Of a DNA stretch of 64,000 nt, positions 41,410-50,914 are shown piece after piece. Origin of the DNA: Candidatus Dormiibacterota bacterium (GTDB taxonomy: Bacteria; Chloroflexota; Dormibacteria; Aeolococcales; Aeolococcaceae). Location of the stretch: positions 1,664,001 through 1,728,000 of the forward strand of contig OY970355.1 in NCBI GenBank assembly GCA_963718525.1. Direction: 5' to 3'. Numbering within the stretch: position 1 is the first letter of the stretch; each line of letters starts with the position of its first letter. The notes beneath the pieces were generated by a model. The model made no database searches. It was given only the letters and a program-made list of their open reading frames with translations, and was not told the origin of the DNA. Both the position numbers and the translations under genes were made by a program.

Positions 41410-41527
41410 AGCCACCCGGCTCGGGGTAGCCTCAGATCGAGGTGGGCAGGGTCGTACACCTCGACACCGGAATGACCTGCGCCCGAGCAGTCTCGCTACT
41501 CTCCACTGACATGGAAGCGATGGGCCA

Positions 41528-41794
41528 ATGACCGAGCATGTGCGGATCCGCAAGGTCGCAACGCGGAGCGGACGCCCGGAAATGCTTGACGATGGTCACG
41601 TGGTCGAAGGCGATGAGTTGACGCCGCCGACACCGGGGATGCCATATGCCGTGCGCCGAACAGTCACCGAGCACACGGACGCGCCCGATGTGTTCGCGAC
41701 CTCGCCGGTTCGTGCCGTGATCACCGATCAACACGGTGGGATTCTGTTGCTCACCGACAACTCGAAGTACGCGATCGAGGTCGTCGGACGCTAG
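41528..41794 (+). CDS. Small hypothetical protein
   Basis: 88-aa ORF filling the intergenic space with plausible composition. No family recognised. Confidence 0.5.
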   Translation: MTEHVRIRKVATRSGRPEMLDDGHVVEGDELTPPTPGMPYAVRRTVTEHTDAPDVFATSPVRAVITDQHGGILLLTDNSKYAIEVVGR

Positions 41795-41879
41795 GTCGCC
41801 CGTAACGGTTCACCGGTGATTCCCACGCGGTATCGCGTTTGGCCTACTCTTCATATTGATGTCCTGGCCGCAGACAGCC

Positions 41880-42626
41880 ATGCCCACAGCCACCACTACC
41901 GCTCAGGGTGCCGAGCCATACCTTCCTGTCGAGGAAGTCGCACAGAGACTCGATCTCCCCCTCGGTATTCTGCTTCGTCGCGTGGAAGCAGGCGATGTCC
42001 CGTCGCGTCGCGAGGAAGGCCCCGATGGCGTCCGCTATCTCGTCCGCCTTGGCGACCTGGGCATCGAGAGTCCGGCGACCCACACGATCACCCCCGAAGT
42101 GCAACCTCCGCCAACGCCGCCGAACGGCGACAACCCTGCGATGGCGGATGACCAGCCTGCGAGTGTCGACGTGGTCGGCACCGCGCAACCTTCGTCGTGG
42201 CCCGACAAGGTGGTCCCGTCTCCCGCCGAAGAGCTCGCCACCGAAGGACAGACGTCACACGCCCGCGCTGGGTCCATGATCGAGGTCACCCCTGCGGACG
42301 AGCCCCGCCGGGACGTGGCGTCGATGACGTCGCTCGATCCCCGCGAGCTCGTGGCCGGGCTGCTGGACCGCTGGGAGCGGACCCTCGAGCAGCGGATCTA
42401 CTCCGAGCAGCGGCAGCGCTTCGAAGCAGAGCTGAACTCGCGCCAGAACCTGGTCAAGCAGCTCCAGCTGGAGCTGCAGACCGCGCGGGCCGAGCACGCG
42501 GCCGCTCAGGCGGAGAAGGATCGTCGCATCGCCGACCGCGACCGGCGGATCAGCGAACTCCAGGCCGGCGCGCCCGATCTACAGGATGTCGCGGGCAGGC
42601 GCCGCCGCTGGTTCTTCACCCGCTAG
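41880..42626 (+). CDS. HTH + disordered linker + coiled-coil protein with aromatic/basic C-terminus
   Basis: YLPVEEVAQRLDLPLGILLRRVEAGDVPS (excisionase/MerR-like HTH), a heptad-rich C-half, and a RRRRWFFTR end. Confidence 0.75.
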   Translation: MPTATTTAQGAEPYLPVEEVAQRLDLPLGILLRRVEAGDVPSRREEGPDGVRYLVRLGDLGIESPATHTITPEVQPPPTPPNGDNPAMADDQPASVDVVGTAQPSSWPDKVVPSPAEELATEGQTSHARAGSMIEVTPADEPRRDVASMTSLDPRELVAGLLDRWERTLEQRIYSEQRQRFEAELNSRQNLVKQLQLELQTARAEHAAAQAEKDRRIADRDRRISELQAGAPDLQDVAGRRRRWFFTR

Positions 42627-42647
42627 CGCGGTTAGGGCTGGCGGGCC

Positions 42648-44483
42648 ATGGCTGGGGACGCTGTCGCTGAGGTCAAGTCGCGACTTGATCTCGTCGAGGT
42701 CATTGGCGGGTACGTCACCCTCCATCGCGCCGGGCGCGAGCTGACCGGGCTCTGCCCGTTCCATGCCGAGAAAACCCCGTCGTTCACTGTGAGTCCGGAA
42801 CGTCAGGTCTGGTACTGCCACGGCTGTCACGAGGGCGGTGACCTCTTCAAGTTCATCGAACAGATCGAGCGCATCGATTTCCGCCAAGCCCTCGAGATGC
42901 TTGCCGACCGCGCTGGCGTGGAGCTCGAGAGCGGGCCGAGGTCAGACCGTGGCGCGGGACGGCGGCGGCGGCGGTCCATCGAGCTCAACGCCAAGGCCCA
43001 GGCGTACTACCAGCACGTGCTCTGGGCGACTCCGGCTGGCGAGCCCGGCCGGAACCTGCTTCGCGACCGCGGGGTCGAGGAGGCGCCTGCGCGGCGGTTC
43101 GGGGTCGGCTTCGCACCCGCTGGAGGCGCCGGTGAGGACGCCCTGGCCCGGTATCTCACCGGCAAGGGCGGCGCCACCGTCGAGGAACTGGTCGAGGCCG
43201 GGCTCGTCCATCCGCCGCGAGGCGGCAGGATGCGTGACCGCTTCCGGGACAGGCTCGTCTTCCCCATCCGCGATGAGCGGGGTGACGTGCTCGGGTTCGG
43301 TGCTCGCGCCCTCGGTGATGCCAAGCCGAAGTACCTGAACAGCCCGGACTCCGCCGCGTATCACAAGTCCGCCGCCATCTTCGGCCTCGATCTCGCCCGC
43401 ACCGCGATCGTGCGCGAGCACGCCGCCGTGATCGTCGAGGGGTATTTCGATGTCCTCGCGGCCCACGCCGCCGGCGTCGAGCACACGGTGGCGAGCAGCG
43501 GCACGGCGCTCACCCGGGAGCAGGTGCACAGCCTCGGCCGCATCGCCGAGACCCTTGTGCTCTGCTTCGACGGCGACGACGCCGGCAGGGTCGCAGCGAC
43601 CCGGGCTGTGGACGTCATCGCCGTGGAGGGGATCCAGGCTCGGATCTGCCGCCTTCCGGCCGGCGTAAAAGACCCCGACGAGCTCGTCCACACGGACCCG
43701 GCCGCATTCGCTCGGGCAATCGCCGACGCCCCGCCGGCCTGGCAGGTGCTCCTCGACGCCGCCCTCGGCACGGGCGAGGGTGGCAGTGTCGATGCGCGCC
43801 GCGCTGCAGCGGAACGGGCGGTTTCCGTGCTGGCCAGGATCCCCGAGGCGACCACCCGGGAGCTCTACCTCCAGCAGGCGGCCCGCCGGCTCGATCTCGG
43901 CGCCCGATCGCTGAGCACCGACCTGGCCCACTCCACGCGTGACGGGATCCGCAAGCCCGCGAGGATCGTGGTCGCCGCACCCGCCGACCCGGCGCCTGGC
44001 GCAGAGGAGCCCGAACCCATCGAGGCGGACGAGCCGATGCCGCCTTGGGAGGCGCAGCTGGCGCGGGTGGTGCTGATCAGACCGGAGCTCGCCGCCGCGC
44101 TCAGAACGGAAACCGGCCTGGGCCCCGACGAATTCACCAACCCGACAGCTCGGCGGATCTACGACGCCGCGTCGAGCGAGCCGTCCGAATTCACCCTGCG
44201 GCGTCTCACCGGCGGAGATCAGCGTCGGGCCGCCGGCCTCCTGGTCCGGGAGGTGCCGGAATTCGCGGATGCGGCTGAGCCCCAGGCGATCAAGCAGCTC
44301 ATGGCCGACTGCGTGCGCCTCATCCACGAGGAGAGCGTGCGTCGCGCGCTGGTCAGCATCTCGGCCGAGATGCATCGCGCCCGAGATGAGGGGCGCACCG
44401 AGGACGCGGACGCGCTCGCAGCCAAGCTGAGCCGGCTTGCGGCGGACGCCCCCCACCTGCGCCGTACTGTGGCGGTTCGCTGA
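42648..44483 (+). CDS. dnaG: DNA primase
   Basis: CPFHAEKTPSF...CHGC zinc finger, DRFRDRLVFPI, KYLNSP, VEGYFD and FDGDDAG motifs. Confidence 0.96.
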   Translation: MAGDAVAEVKSRLDLVEVIGGYVTLHRAGRELTGLCPFHAEKTPSFTVSPERQVWYCHGCHEGGDLFKFIEQIERIDFRQALEMLADRAGVELESGPRSDRGAGRRRRRSIELNAKAQAYYQHVLWATPAGEPGRNLLRDRGVEEAPARRFGVGFAPAGGAGEDALARYLTGKGGATVEELVEAGLVHPPRGGRMRDRFRDRLVFPIRDERGDVLGFGARALGDAKPKYLNSPDSAAYHKSAAIFGLDLARTAIVREHAAVIVEGYFDVLAAHAAGVEHTVASSGTALTREQVHSLGRIAETLVLCFDGDDAGRVAATRAVDVIAVEGIQARICRLPAGVKDPDELVHTDPAAFARAIADAPPAWQVLLDAALGTGEGGSVDARRAAAERAVSVLARIPEATTRELYLQQAARRLDLGARSLSTDLAHSTRDGIRKPARIVVAAPADPAPGAEEPEPIEADEPMPPWEAQLARVVLIRPELAAALRTETGLGPDEFTNPTARRIYDAASSEPSEFTLRRLTGGDQRRAAGLLVREVPEFADAAEPQAIKQLMADCVRLIHEESVRRALVSISAEMHRARDEGRTEDADALAAKLSRLAADAPHLRRTVAVR

Positions 44484-44700
44484 TCGGGGTACGCTCCGGC
44501 ACGCGCGAGCCCGCGCATGTTTGATCTGCGGGCTCCCGAGCCACCATCTCTCTCGTGCCCTGTGTGGAATTCCCTATCCGATATCGCGAATCGGCACACT
44601 CAGACGGCTTCGACAATTATTGTGAATACTGTCGTTGCCCGATCGTCCGGCGGACCTCGCAGAGCGTGCGTCAGCCTGCACCGCCTGAGACAGAGTTGAA

Positions 44701-45831
44701 ATGAGCACAGCCACCACCACAACCCGATCCAGAGCAGCCACCCTGCCGCCGCCAACCGGCGCTGATCTTCTCGTCTCGGCCGCCGAGGCGCTGATCATCA
44801 AGGGCAAGGACCATGGATATCTCACGCCCGACGACATCCTCGCCGCTTTTCCGGAGATCGATGTCGAACCCGACCATCTGGAGCGGATCTTCCATGTCTT
44901 TCGTGAGATGGGGATCGAGGTCAGCGATGGTGACAAGGACTTCGAGACCGTCGACGAGATCGACGAGGAGCTCATCGCCAAAGCCGAGGCCATCGATTCC
45001 GTCTCGCTCGACGACCCGGTACGCATGTATCTCAAGGAGATCGGCAGGGTCGCGCTCCTCAAGGCCGAGCAGGAAGTCCATTACGCAAAGCTGATCGAGC
45101 AGGGCGACGAAGAGGCGAAGAACCAGCTCACTGAAGCCAACCTGCGCCTTGTGGTCAGCATTGCCAAGAAGTACATCGGCCGCGGCATGTCCTTCCTCGA
45201 CCTGATCCAGGAAGGCAACATGGGGCTGATTCGTGCCGTCGAGAAGTTCGACTACCACAAGGGTTACAAGTTCTCGACGTACGCGACGTGGTGGATCCGC
45301 CAGGCGATCACGCGTGCCATCGCCGACCAGGCGCGAACCATCCGCATCCCCGTGCACATGGTCGAGACCATCAACAAGCTCGTCCGTGTGTCGCGCCGGC
45401 TGCTCCAGGAGTTGGGCCGCGAGCCCAACGACGAGGAGATCGCCGAGGAGATGGGGATCACGCCGGAGAAGGTGCGCGAGATCACCAAGGTTTCGCAGGA
45501 TCCCGTCTCGCTGGAGACCCCGATCGGTGAGGAAGAGGACTCGCACCTGGGCGACTTTGTCGAGGACAAAGAGGCCACGGCGCCGTCCGACGCGGCGTCA
45601 CTCACCATGCTGCGCACCGAGGTCGAGGACATCCTCGACACGCTGACGCCGCGTGAACGGCGCGTGCTCCAACTGCGATTCGGGCTCATAGACGGACATC
45701 AGCGGACGCTCGAAGAGGTGGGCAAGCGGTTCGGCGTCACCCGCGAACGCATCCGTCAGATCGAGGCGAAAGCCCTGCGCAAGCTCCGCCATCCGTCGCG
45801 TTCCAAGAAGCTCAAGGACTACCTCGAGTAG
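44701..45831 (+). CDS. rpoD: Primary RNA polymerase sigma factor
   Basis: [40 protein letters not shown] and [18 protein letters not shown] motifs. Confidence 0.97.
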   Translation: MSTATTTTRSRAATLPPPTGADLLVSAAEALIIKGKDHGYLTPDDILAAFPEIDVEPDHLERIFHVFREMGIEVSDGDKDFETVDEIDEELIAKAEAIDSVSLDDPVRMYLKEIGRVALLKAEQEVHYAKLIEQGDEEAKNQLTEANLRLVVSIAKKYIGRGMSFLDLIQEGNMGLIRAVEKFDYHKGYKFSTYATWWIRQAITRAIADQARTIRIPVHMVETINKLVRVSRRLLQELGREPNDEEIAEEMGITPEKVREITKVSQDPVSLETPIGEEEDSHLGDFVEDKEATAPSDAASLTMLRTEVEDILDTLTPRERRVLQLRFGLIDGHQRTLEEVGKRFGVTRERIRQIEAKALRKLRHPSRSKKLKDYLE

Positions 45832-45912
45832 CCGGAACGGCGCTGTCGCCGCCGGTGACGAATCGTGTCGTCGAGGGCACGGTGCGTCACGGCAGGTAGA
45901 CTTGAGTCATGA

Positions 45913-45984
45913 TCCGGGTTAGCTCAGCGGTAGAGCAGGCGGCTGTTAACCGCAAGGCCACTGGTTCGAATCCAGTACCCGGAG
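45913..45984 (+). tRNA. tRNA-Asn (anticodon GTT), CCA not encoded
   Basis: TCCGGGT/ACCCGGA acceptor stem, AGCTCAGCGGTAGAGC D-arm, loop CTGTTAA, GGTTCGAATCC. Confidence 0.96.
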
Positions 45985-46048
45985 CGTCGACGTCCCACTA
46001 GCAGCACGCGGCATCGCCCGAGGCGGCGCCGTACACGAGGAACACGGG

Positions 46049-46921
46049 ATGACCGAGACCGCATCGCGGCCGGGCACCACGCCCGCTGTCGCGACACTGA
46101 CCGCGTCCGACCCCGACGGCGCAGCCCCAGTCGCTTCGACACCGCCACCACCCGCGTGGTCGTGGCCCGCGTCGGCCCCGACGGCGAACCCGCAGGAGGG
46201 GGATGTCATGCGCGACGACGACGCTGATGAGCACATGATCGACGGATCGGCGAGCCCGCCACCGCCGGGGGCCACGCTCGACACCGATCCCACCGAGGTC
46301 ACGATCGTCGCGGCGATCACCACGCCGGAGAAGGCGCTCCCCAGAGTGACGTCGTTCGGTCCTCCTGGGAAACGGCGTTCGACGTTCGCGGTCGTAGCGC
46401 TTTCGGTGGTCACGCTCGGCATCTACAGCCTCGTCTGGCATCACCGGATCAATCGCGAGATCGGCAATTTTGACACGCGCATGCACGTCATCCCCGGGCG
46501 TTCCACCATCGCGGTGGCGATCCCCTGGGCGATCGGATGGCTGGTGAGCATCGCCGGGGCGGCGAGAATCGTGCTTGCGGTTGCCAACGTCGCGCTGCCG
46601 TTCGACCCGCATTTCACCGTGCTGCAGGCGTATGGATTGCTCGGCGGCGTCCTGGTGATTCCATATCTCGAGCTGTTGCTGCCATTCAGCGCCATCGCCA
46701 TCGCGATGAGCCTGGAGCGCGTGCGCATCCTCGAGGACCGCATGGGTCGCACGACCGATGTGCAGTTGCGGCCGGCGCGCGTCATCTGCTGGATGCTGCT
46801 CCCGATTGCTGGTGGCCTCATCCTCATGGCAATCATGCAGCGCCGTCTCAACCGCGCCTGGGAGGACGACATGGCGGCGGCACCTGCGGTGCGCCCGACA
46901 GTACGGGTGGCTCCAAGCTGA
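46049..46921 (+). CDS. DUF4234-like membrane protein with long Pro/Thr/Asp-rich N-terminus
   Basis: LSVVTLGIYSLVWHHRINREI...MQRRLNRAW pattern; about 4 TM segments. Confidence 0.72.
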   Translation: MTETASRPGTTPAVATLTASDPDGAAPVASTPPPPAWSWPASAPTANPQEGDVMRDDDADEHMIDGSASPPPPGATLDTDPTEVTIVAAITTPEKALPRVTSFGPPGKRRSTFAVVALSVVTLGIYSLVWHHRINREIGNFDTRMHVIPGRSTIAVAIPWAIGWLVSIAGAARIVLAVANVALPFDPHFTVLQAYGLLGGVLVIPYLELLLPFSAIAIAMSLERVRILEDRMGRTTDVQLRPARVICWMLLPIAGGLILMAIMQRRLNRAWEDDMAAAPAVRPTVRVAPS

Positions 46922-46992
46922 CCCTTTCTGTCGTCGCCATGCCCACTCTTGTGTCGCGGCTGCGGCGGCCTGGATTAGACTAACCGGTCGCG

Positions 46993-47781
46993 GTGGCTGT
47001 TTCGATCGCCTGTATCTCCGGAAAAGGCGGGGTGGGAAAGACAACCACCTGCGCCTCCTTGGCGGCTGTGTTCGCAGAGCGCGGACGCCGTGTGCTCGCG
47101 GTCGACATGGATCCGCAGTCCAACCTCACATCGGGGCTGGGCTTCAATCCGTACTCGCTCACGCACACGGTTGCCGATGCGATTCTCGAGCCGGACCAGT
47201 CGGTCGACGAGCTGATCGTCCGTACCAAGTGGCCGGGCCTGCACCTGCTCCCTGCGAGTCCCGACCTTGCGGCGGTCGAGGCCGGATTGCCGACGACACT
47301 CAACTCCGAAACGCGATTGCGCCGAGCGCTCGATCGCGATTGTCGCGACTACGACTTCATCCTGTTCGACACGCCGCCGAACTTTGCGTTTCACACCATC
47401 AGCGTCCTGGCGGCCACCGACTTCATCGTCATTCCCATGCAGATGTCGGGATATGCGGTGAAAGGCCTCAAGGAAACGCTCCGGTCCGTACACCACGTTC
47501 GCCAGGGGCTGAACCCGGACCTGCGCGTGCTTGGTCTGCTGCCGACGTTCGTCGTGATGCGGACACGCTTTTCGCGCGACCTACTGGAGGGATTGCGCGC
47601 GATCCCGAACCTGCGCGTCTTCAATACCGTCATCAAGGTCACCGTTCGCCTGCAGGAGTCGGCGCTGGCCGGTGAACCGGTCACCGCGATGGCCTCGTCC
47701 TCCGAAGCCGCGGCGGCCTATCGATCGTTCGCTGACGAGGTGCTTGCCGCACTGATCGCCGAGGGCGAACGCGGTGTCTGA
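46993..47781 (+). CDS. ParA/Soj family ATPase
   Basis: Deviant Walker A KGGVGKTT, VDMDPQSNLT, and YDFILFDTPP motifs. Confidence 0.92.
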   Translation: MAVSIACISGKGGVGKTTTCASLAAVFAERGRRVLAVDMDPQSNLTSGLGFNPYSLTHTVADAILEPDQSVDELIVRTKWPGLHLLPASPDLAAVEAGLPTTLNSETRLRRALDRDCRDYDFILFDTPPNFAFHTISVLAATDFIVIPMQMSGYAVKGLKETLRSVHHVRQGLNPDLRVLGLLPTFVVMRTRFSRDLLEGLRAIPNLRVFNTVIKVTVRLQESALAGEPVTAMASSSEAAAAYRSFADEVLAALIAEGERGV

Positions 47782-48055
47782 GCTGCGCTCGCCGCGGCGC
47801 CGTCGCAGCGTCGCCGTGGCGCCCGCGCTGCTCGACCCGGCCGAGTTGCCTGAGGATGCACCGGGGCGGGTCAAGTTGATCGCGGTGGAAGCGCCTGCGG
47901 ACATCGTCGATGCTCCAGCACCGGCCGCTCCGCCACGCGCTTCGCCAGGCCCTTCGCTGCTGGCCGCCGGCGCGGGGTGGATTCCCGTGGCGGTTGCCGC
48001 CGCCCTGATCGTGGCCATCTTCGTGATCGGGATGCTGGTGACCCGGCACGCCTAG
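47774..48055 (+). CDS. Small single-pass membrane protein overlapping the parA stop
   Basis: Basic N-terminus RSPRRRRS, Pro/Ala linker, C-terminal TM WIPVAVAAALIVAIFVIGMLV. Confidence 0.65.
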   Translation: MSELRSPRRRRSVAVAPALLDPAELPEDAPGRVKLIAVEAPADIVDAPAPAAPPRASPGPSLLAAGAGWIPVAVAAALIVAIFVIGMLVTRHA

Positions 48056-48096
48056 CTGGCATAGACAACTACACTGATTTGTGATACTCTCGGGCG

Positions 48097-48720
48097 GTGG
48101 ATACCGATCCGGGACGCGGCGCTGGTGAGGCGGAACTCCTCGCCCGGGCCCTCGGCGGTTCGTCACCCGCAGCTGAACTGAGCGCCGTCGCGAATCGGGT
48201 GGCGCGCATCCCGTGGTGGGAGCGCCGGGCGCTCGATGCGGCGGGGCTCACCCGCGAGCACGGTGTTCCTCGGGAACGGGCCGAGCGGCTCGCAGCCATG
48301 TGGGAGCTCGCCGAGCGCTGGACCGACGACGACCGCCCGGCGATCGGTTCGCCGCGCGATGCGCTGCTCATGCTCGACGGGCTCCGGCGCGCGCGTCGCG
48401 AGCAGGTCGTGGTCCTGCTCCTCGACGCCCGCCACCGGCCGATCAAGCTCGAGACAGTCGCGGTCGGCACCATCAATGCGTCGCGGCTCCAGCCTCGCGA
48501 TGTCTTCGGTCCTGCACTCCGCAGCGATGCAGTTGCAGTCATCATCGGCCACAACCATCCGAGTGGCGACCCCGCGCCGAGCCGCGCCGATCGCGTGGTC
48601 ACCGCAGCGCTCCGCAGCGCGGGCGCGCTGCTTGGCGTCCCCGTGCTCGACCACCTGATCATCGCGAGGCGCGGACACCATTCCTTCCGCGAGACCGAGA
48701 GCTGGGACGAGGCCGCCTAA
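48097..48720 (+). CDS. radC: RadC/JAB domain protein
   Basis: REQVVVLLLD, PRDVF, HNHPSGDPAPSRAD and VLDHLII motifs. Confidence 0.88.
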   Translation: MDTDPGRGAGEAELLARALGGSSPAAELSAVANRVARIPWWERRALDAAGLTREHGVPRERAERLAAMWELAERWTDDDRPAIGSPRDALLMLDGLRRARREQVVVLLLDARHRPIKLETVAVGTINASRLQPRDVFGPALRSDAVAVIIGHNHPSGDPAPSRADRVVTAALRSAGALLGVPVLDHLIIARRGHHSFRETESWDEAA

Positions 48721-48723
48721 CCG

Positions 48724-49917
48724 TCAGCTGAAGGCGTTCTCGCCGGTGAGCTCCTTGCCGATGATCAGTGTGTGCACCTCCTCGGTGCCCTCGTAGGTGA
48801 GCACCGATTCGAGGTTGGCCATGTGCCGCGAGACGGGATATTCAAGTGTGATCCCGTTGGCGCCGAGGATCGTGCGAGCGCTACGGGCAATGTCGAGGGC
48901 GGCGCGGACGTTGGCCCGCTTGGTGATCGACACCTGGACGGGATGGAGACGACCCTGATCCTTCAGGCTGCCGAGCCGGTGTGCGAGCAGGCGACCCTGC
49001 ACGATCGCGGTGGCCATGTTCGCGAGTTTCTGCTGGGTGAGCTGCATCGCGCCGATGGGCTTGCCGAAGGCGTGGCGCGTCTTGCTGTACTCGAGTGCCG
49101 ACTCGAAGCAGGCGCGCGCCGCACCCATGGCGCCCCAGCCGATGCCGAACCGGGCCTCGTTGAGGCACGAGAGGGGTCCGCGCATCCCGGTCACGCCGGG
49201 AAGCACGGCGCTGTCGGGCACGCGCACCGAGTCGAACGACAGCTCGGACGTCACCGACGCACGCAGCGACAGCTTGTTGTGCACATCGGACGACGTGAAG
49301 CCGCGCGTTCCGCGCTCGACGAGGAAGCCTCGCACCCCCGAATCGGTCATCGCCCAGACAACGGCGATATCCGCCATCGAGCCGTTGGTGATCCACATCT
49401 TGGTGCCGTCGATGACCCAGTCACCGCCGTCGCGACGAGCCGACGTGCGCATCGACGATGGATCGGATCCAGCGTCGGGCTCGGTGAGACCGAAGCATCC
49501 GATCGCCCGTCCCGCCGCCATCTCCGGGAGCCAGCGAGCCTTCTGCTCGTCACTGCCGTAAGCGGAGATGGGGAACATCGCCAGCGAGCCCTGCACCGAC
49601 ACGAACGAGCGCAACCCGCTGTCACCCGCCTCGAGCTCCTCAGAGGCGACCCCATAGGCGGTCGCCGAGGTCCCGGCGCATCCATGGCCGTGCAGATGCA
49701 TCCCGAGAAGTCCCAGCTCCGCCATCTCGGGGATGAGCTCATGCGGGAAGGTGCCCGCCTCGAAATGCTCGGGGATCAGCAGCAGCGCGCGGTCGCGGAC
49801 GAACGCCCGCACGGTGTCGCGGATCAGACGCTCGTCATCGCCGAGCAGGTCGTCGACGGCGAACAGATCCGAAGGGCTCAGCGCACGCGTGCGTGGAGCG
49901 CGCTCGGTGACGGCCAT
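48724..49917 (-). CDS. Acyl-CoA dehydrogenase (glutaryl-CoA dehydrogenase-like)
   Basis: DSGLRSFVSVQGSL, GCFGLTEPDAGSDP, KLSLRASVT and NLESVLTYEGT motifs. Confidence 0.92.
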   Translation of the reverse strand: MAVTERAPRTRALSPSDLFAVDDLLGDDERLIRDTVRAFVRDRALLLIPEHFEAGTFPHELIPEMAELGLLGMHLHGHGCAGTSATAYGVASEELEAGDSGLRSFVSVQGSLAMFPISAYGSDEQKARWLPEMAAGRAIGCFGLTEPDAGSDPSSMRTSARRDGGDWVIDGTKMWITNGSMADIAVVWAMTDSGVRGFLVERGTRGFTSSDVHNKLSLRASVTSELSFDSVRVPDSAVLPGVTGMRGPLSCLNEARFGIGWGAMGAARACFESALEYSKTRHAFGKPIGAMQLTQQKLANMATAIVQGRLLAHRLGSLKDQGRLHPVQVSITKRANVRAALDIARSARTILGANGITLEYPVSRHMANLESVLTYEGTEEVHTLIIGKELTGENAFS

Positions 49918-49938
49918 GCGCTCAGAGTACCCGGTCGG

Positions 49939-50352
49939 CTACGCGGCGACAGGCATGCCGGCTTCGACGAGCTGGCGCCGAAGCACCTCGCCGCTGGCGA
50001 AGCCGACGTTGATCTCGGTCACCAGGCCCGCCGCGTCGAGCACGATCGTGGTCGGAAGCGACATGACGCGATAGCGACGGGCCAGGTCAGGTTCGACAGC
50101 GATATCGATCTCGCGGATCTCGATATCCGGGTCTATACCGGCGGCAAGCGCACGCAACGCCGGTCTCTGGGCGGTGTGGCAGATCGTGCAGGCCTCGCCG
50201 GTGAAATATAGGATGGAGGGCCGGCCGCGGCTTGCCGAGGGCTCGACCGCCTTCCCGACCAGCTCGCGCTGCCCACCCTGCTGGAGCCGAAGCACGAGAG
50301 CGACGCCGCCGACGAGCGCGATCGCGATGAGCGGCGCCAGGAGGAGGATCAT
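49939..50352 (-). CDS. Membrane-anchored thioredoxin-like protein
   Basis: N-terminal TM, FTGEACTIC (CxxC) and VMSLPT cis-Pro loop. Confidence 0.82.
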   Translation of the reverse strand: MILLLAPLIAIALVGGVALVLRLQQGGQRELVGKAVEPSASRGRPSILYFTGEACTICHTAQRPALRALAAGIDPDIEIREIDIAVEPDLARRYRVMSLPTTIVLDAAGLVTEINVGFASGEVLRRQLVEAGMPVAA

Positions 50353-50810
50353 CTCGCCGGTTCGCGCGAAAGCGGCAGCAGCCCGACCCGCACGAGCTGG
50401 GCGTACATGATGCAGCCGACGCAGATGTTGAAGGCGAAGTTCAGAAAGGCGAGCGCGGCAACGATCCACGCCAGCACCCATGCCACCAGCAGGAGGCCGG
50501 TGATGACGAAGATGCTTGCCGCCGCGAGGAACACGCCACCGACGAGCTGCGCGAACCGGTGCGGCGCCGGGTCCTCCTGCACAACCCGCGGCGTGACGAT
50601 GCCCGCCGGCTTGAGCCAGCGGAGATAGAGGATGCGAGGGACGTTGAACGCAGGGGACGCCACTCCGGCGAGCATCATCACCGCGAGGACGGGAAGCGCC
50701 CAGGCGGCGGGGTGATACGCGAGCCCGACGGCGTAGCCGGCGACGATGACGGTCATCAGGATCGCCTGATTCACCTTGAGAACGCTGCGATCGAACGGAA
50801 CGACTGCCAT
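50349..50810 (-). CDS. DUF4395 family membrane protein
   Basis: EDPAPHRFAQLVG and AFLNFAFNICVGC motifs. Confidence 0.85.
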   Translation of the reverse strand: MAVVPFDRSVLKVNQAILMTVIVAGYAVGLAYHPAAWALPVLAVMMLAGVASPAFNVPRILYLRWLKPAGIVTPRVVQEDPAPHRFAQLVGGVFLAAASIFVITGLLLVAWVLAWIVAALAFLNFAFNICVGCIMYAQLVRVGLLPLSREPAR

Positions 50811-50914
50811 GACCTCGAAATCATACCGCGCAGGTCAGGTATTGCAGAGGCGCCGACCCGAACACCGACGTGCGAGAGTCGGCGTCGTTCAGCCGCAGCC
50901 TCATGGAGGTGTCC

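Noticed and set aside
45913-48720. Integrated element or prophage at tRNA-Asn (ParA + RadC)
   Set aside because: No integrase, att duplication or phage/conjugation genes were seen, and composition looks like the backbone.
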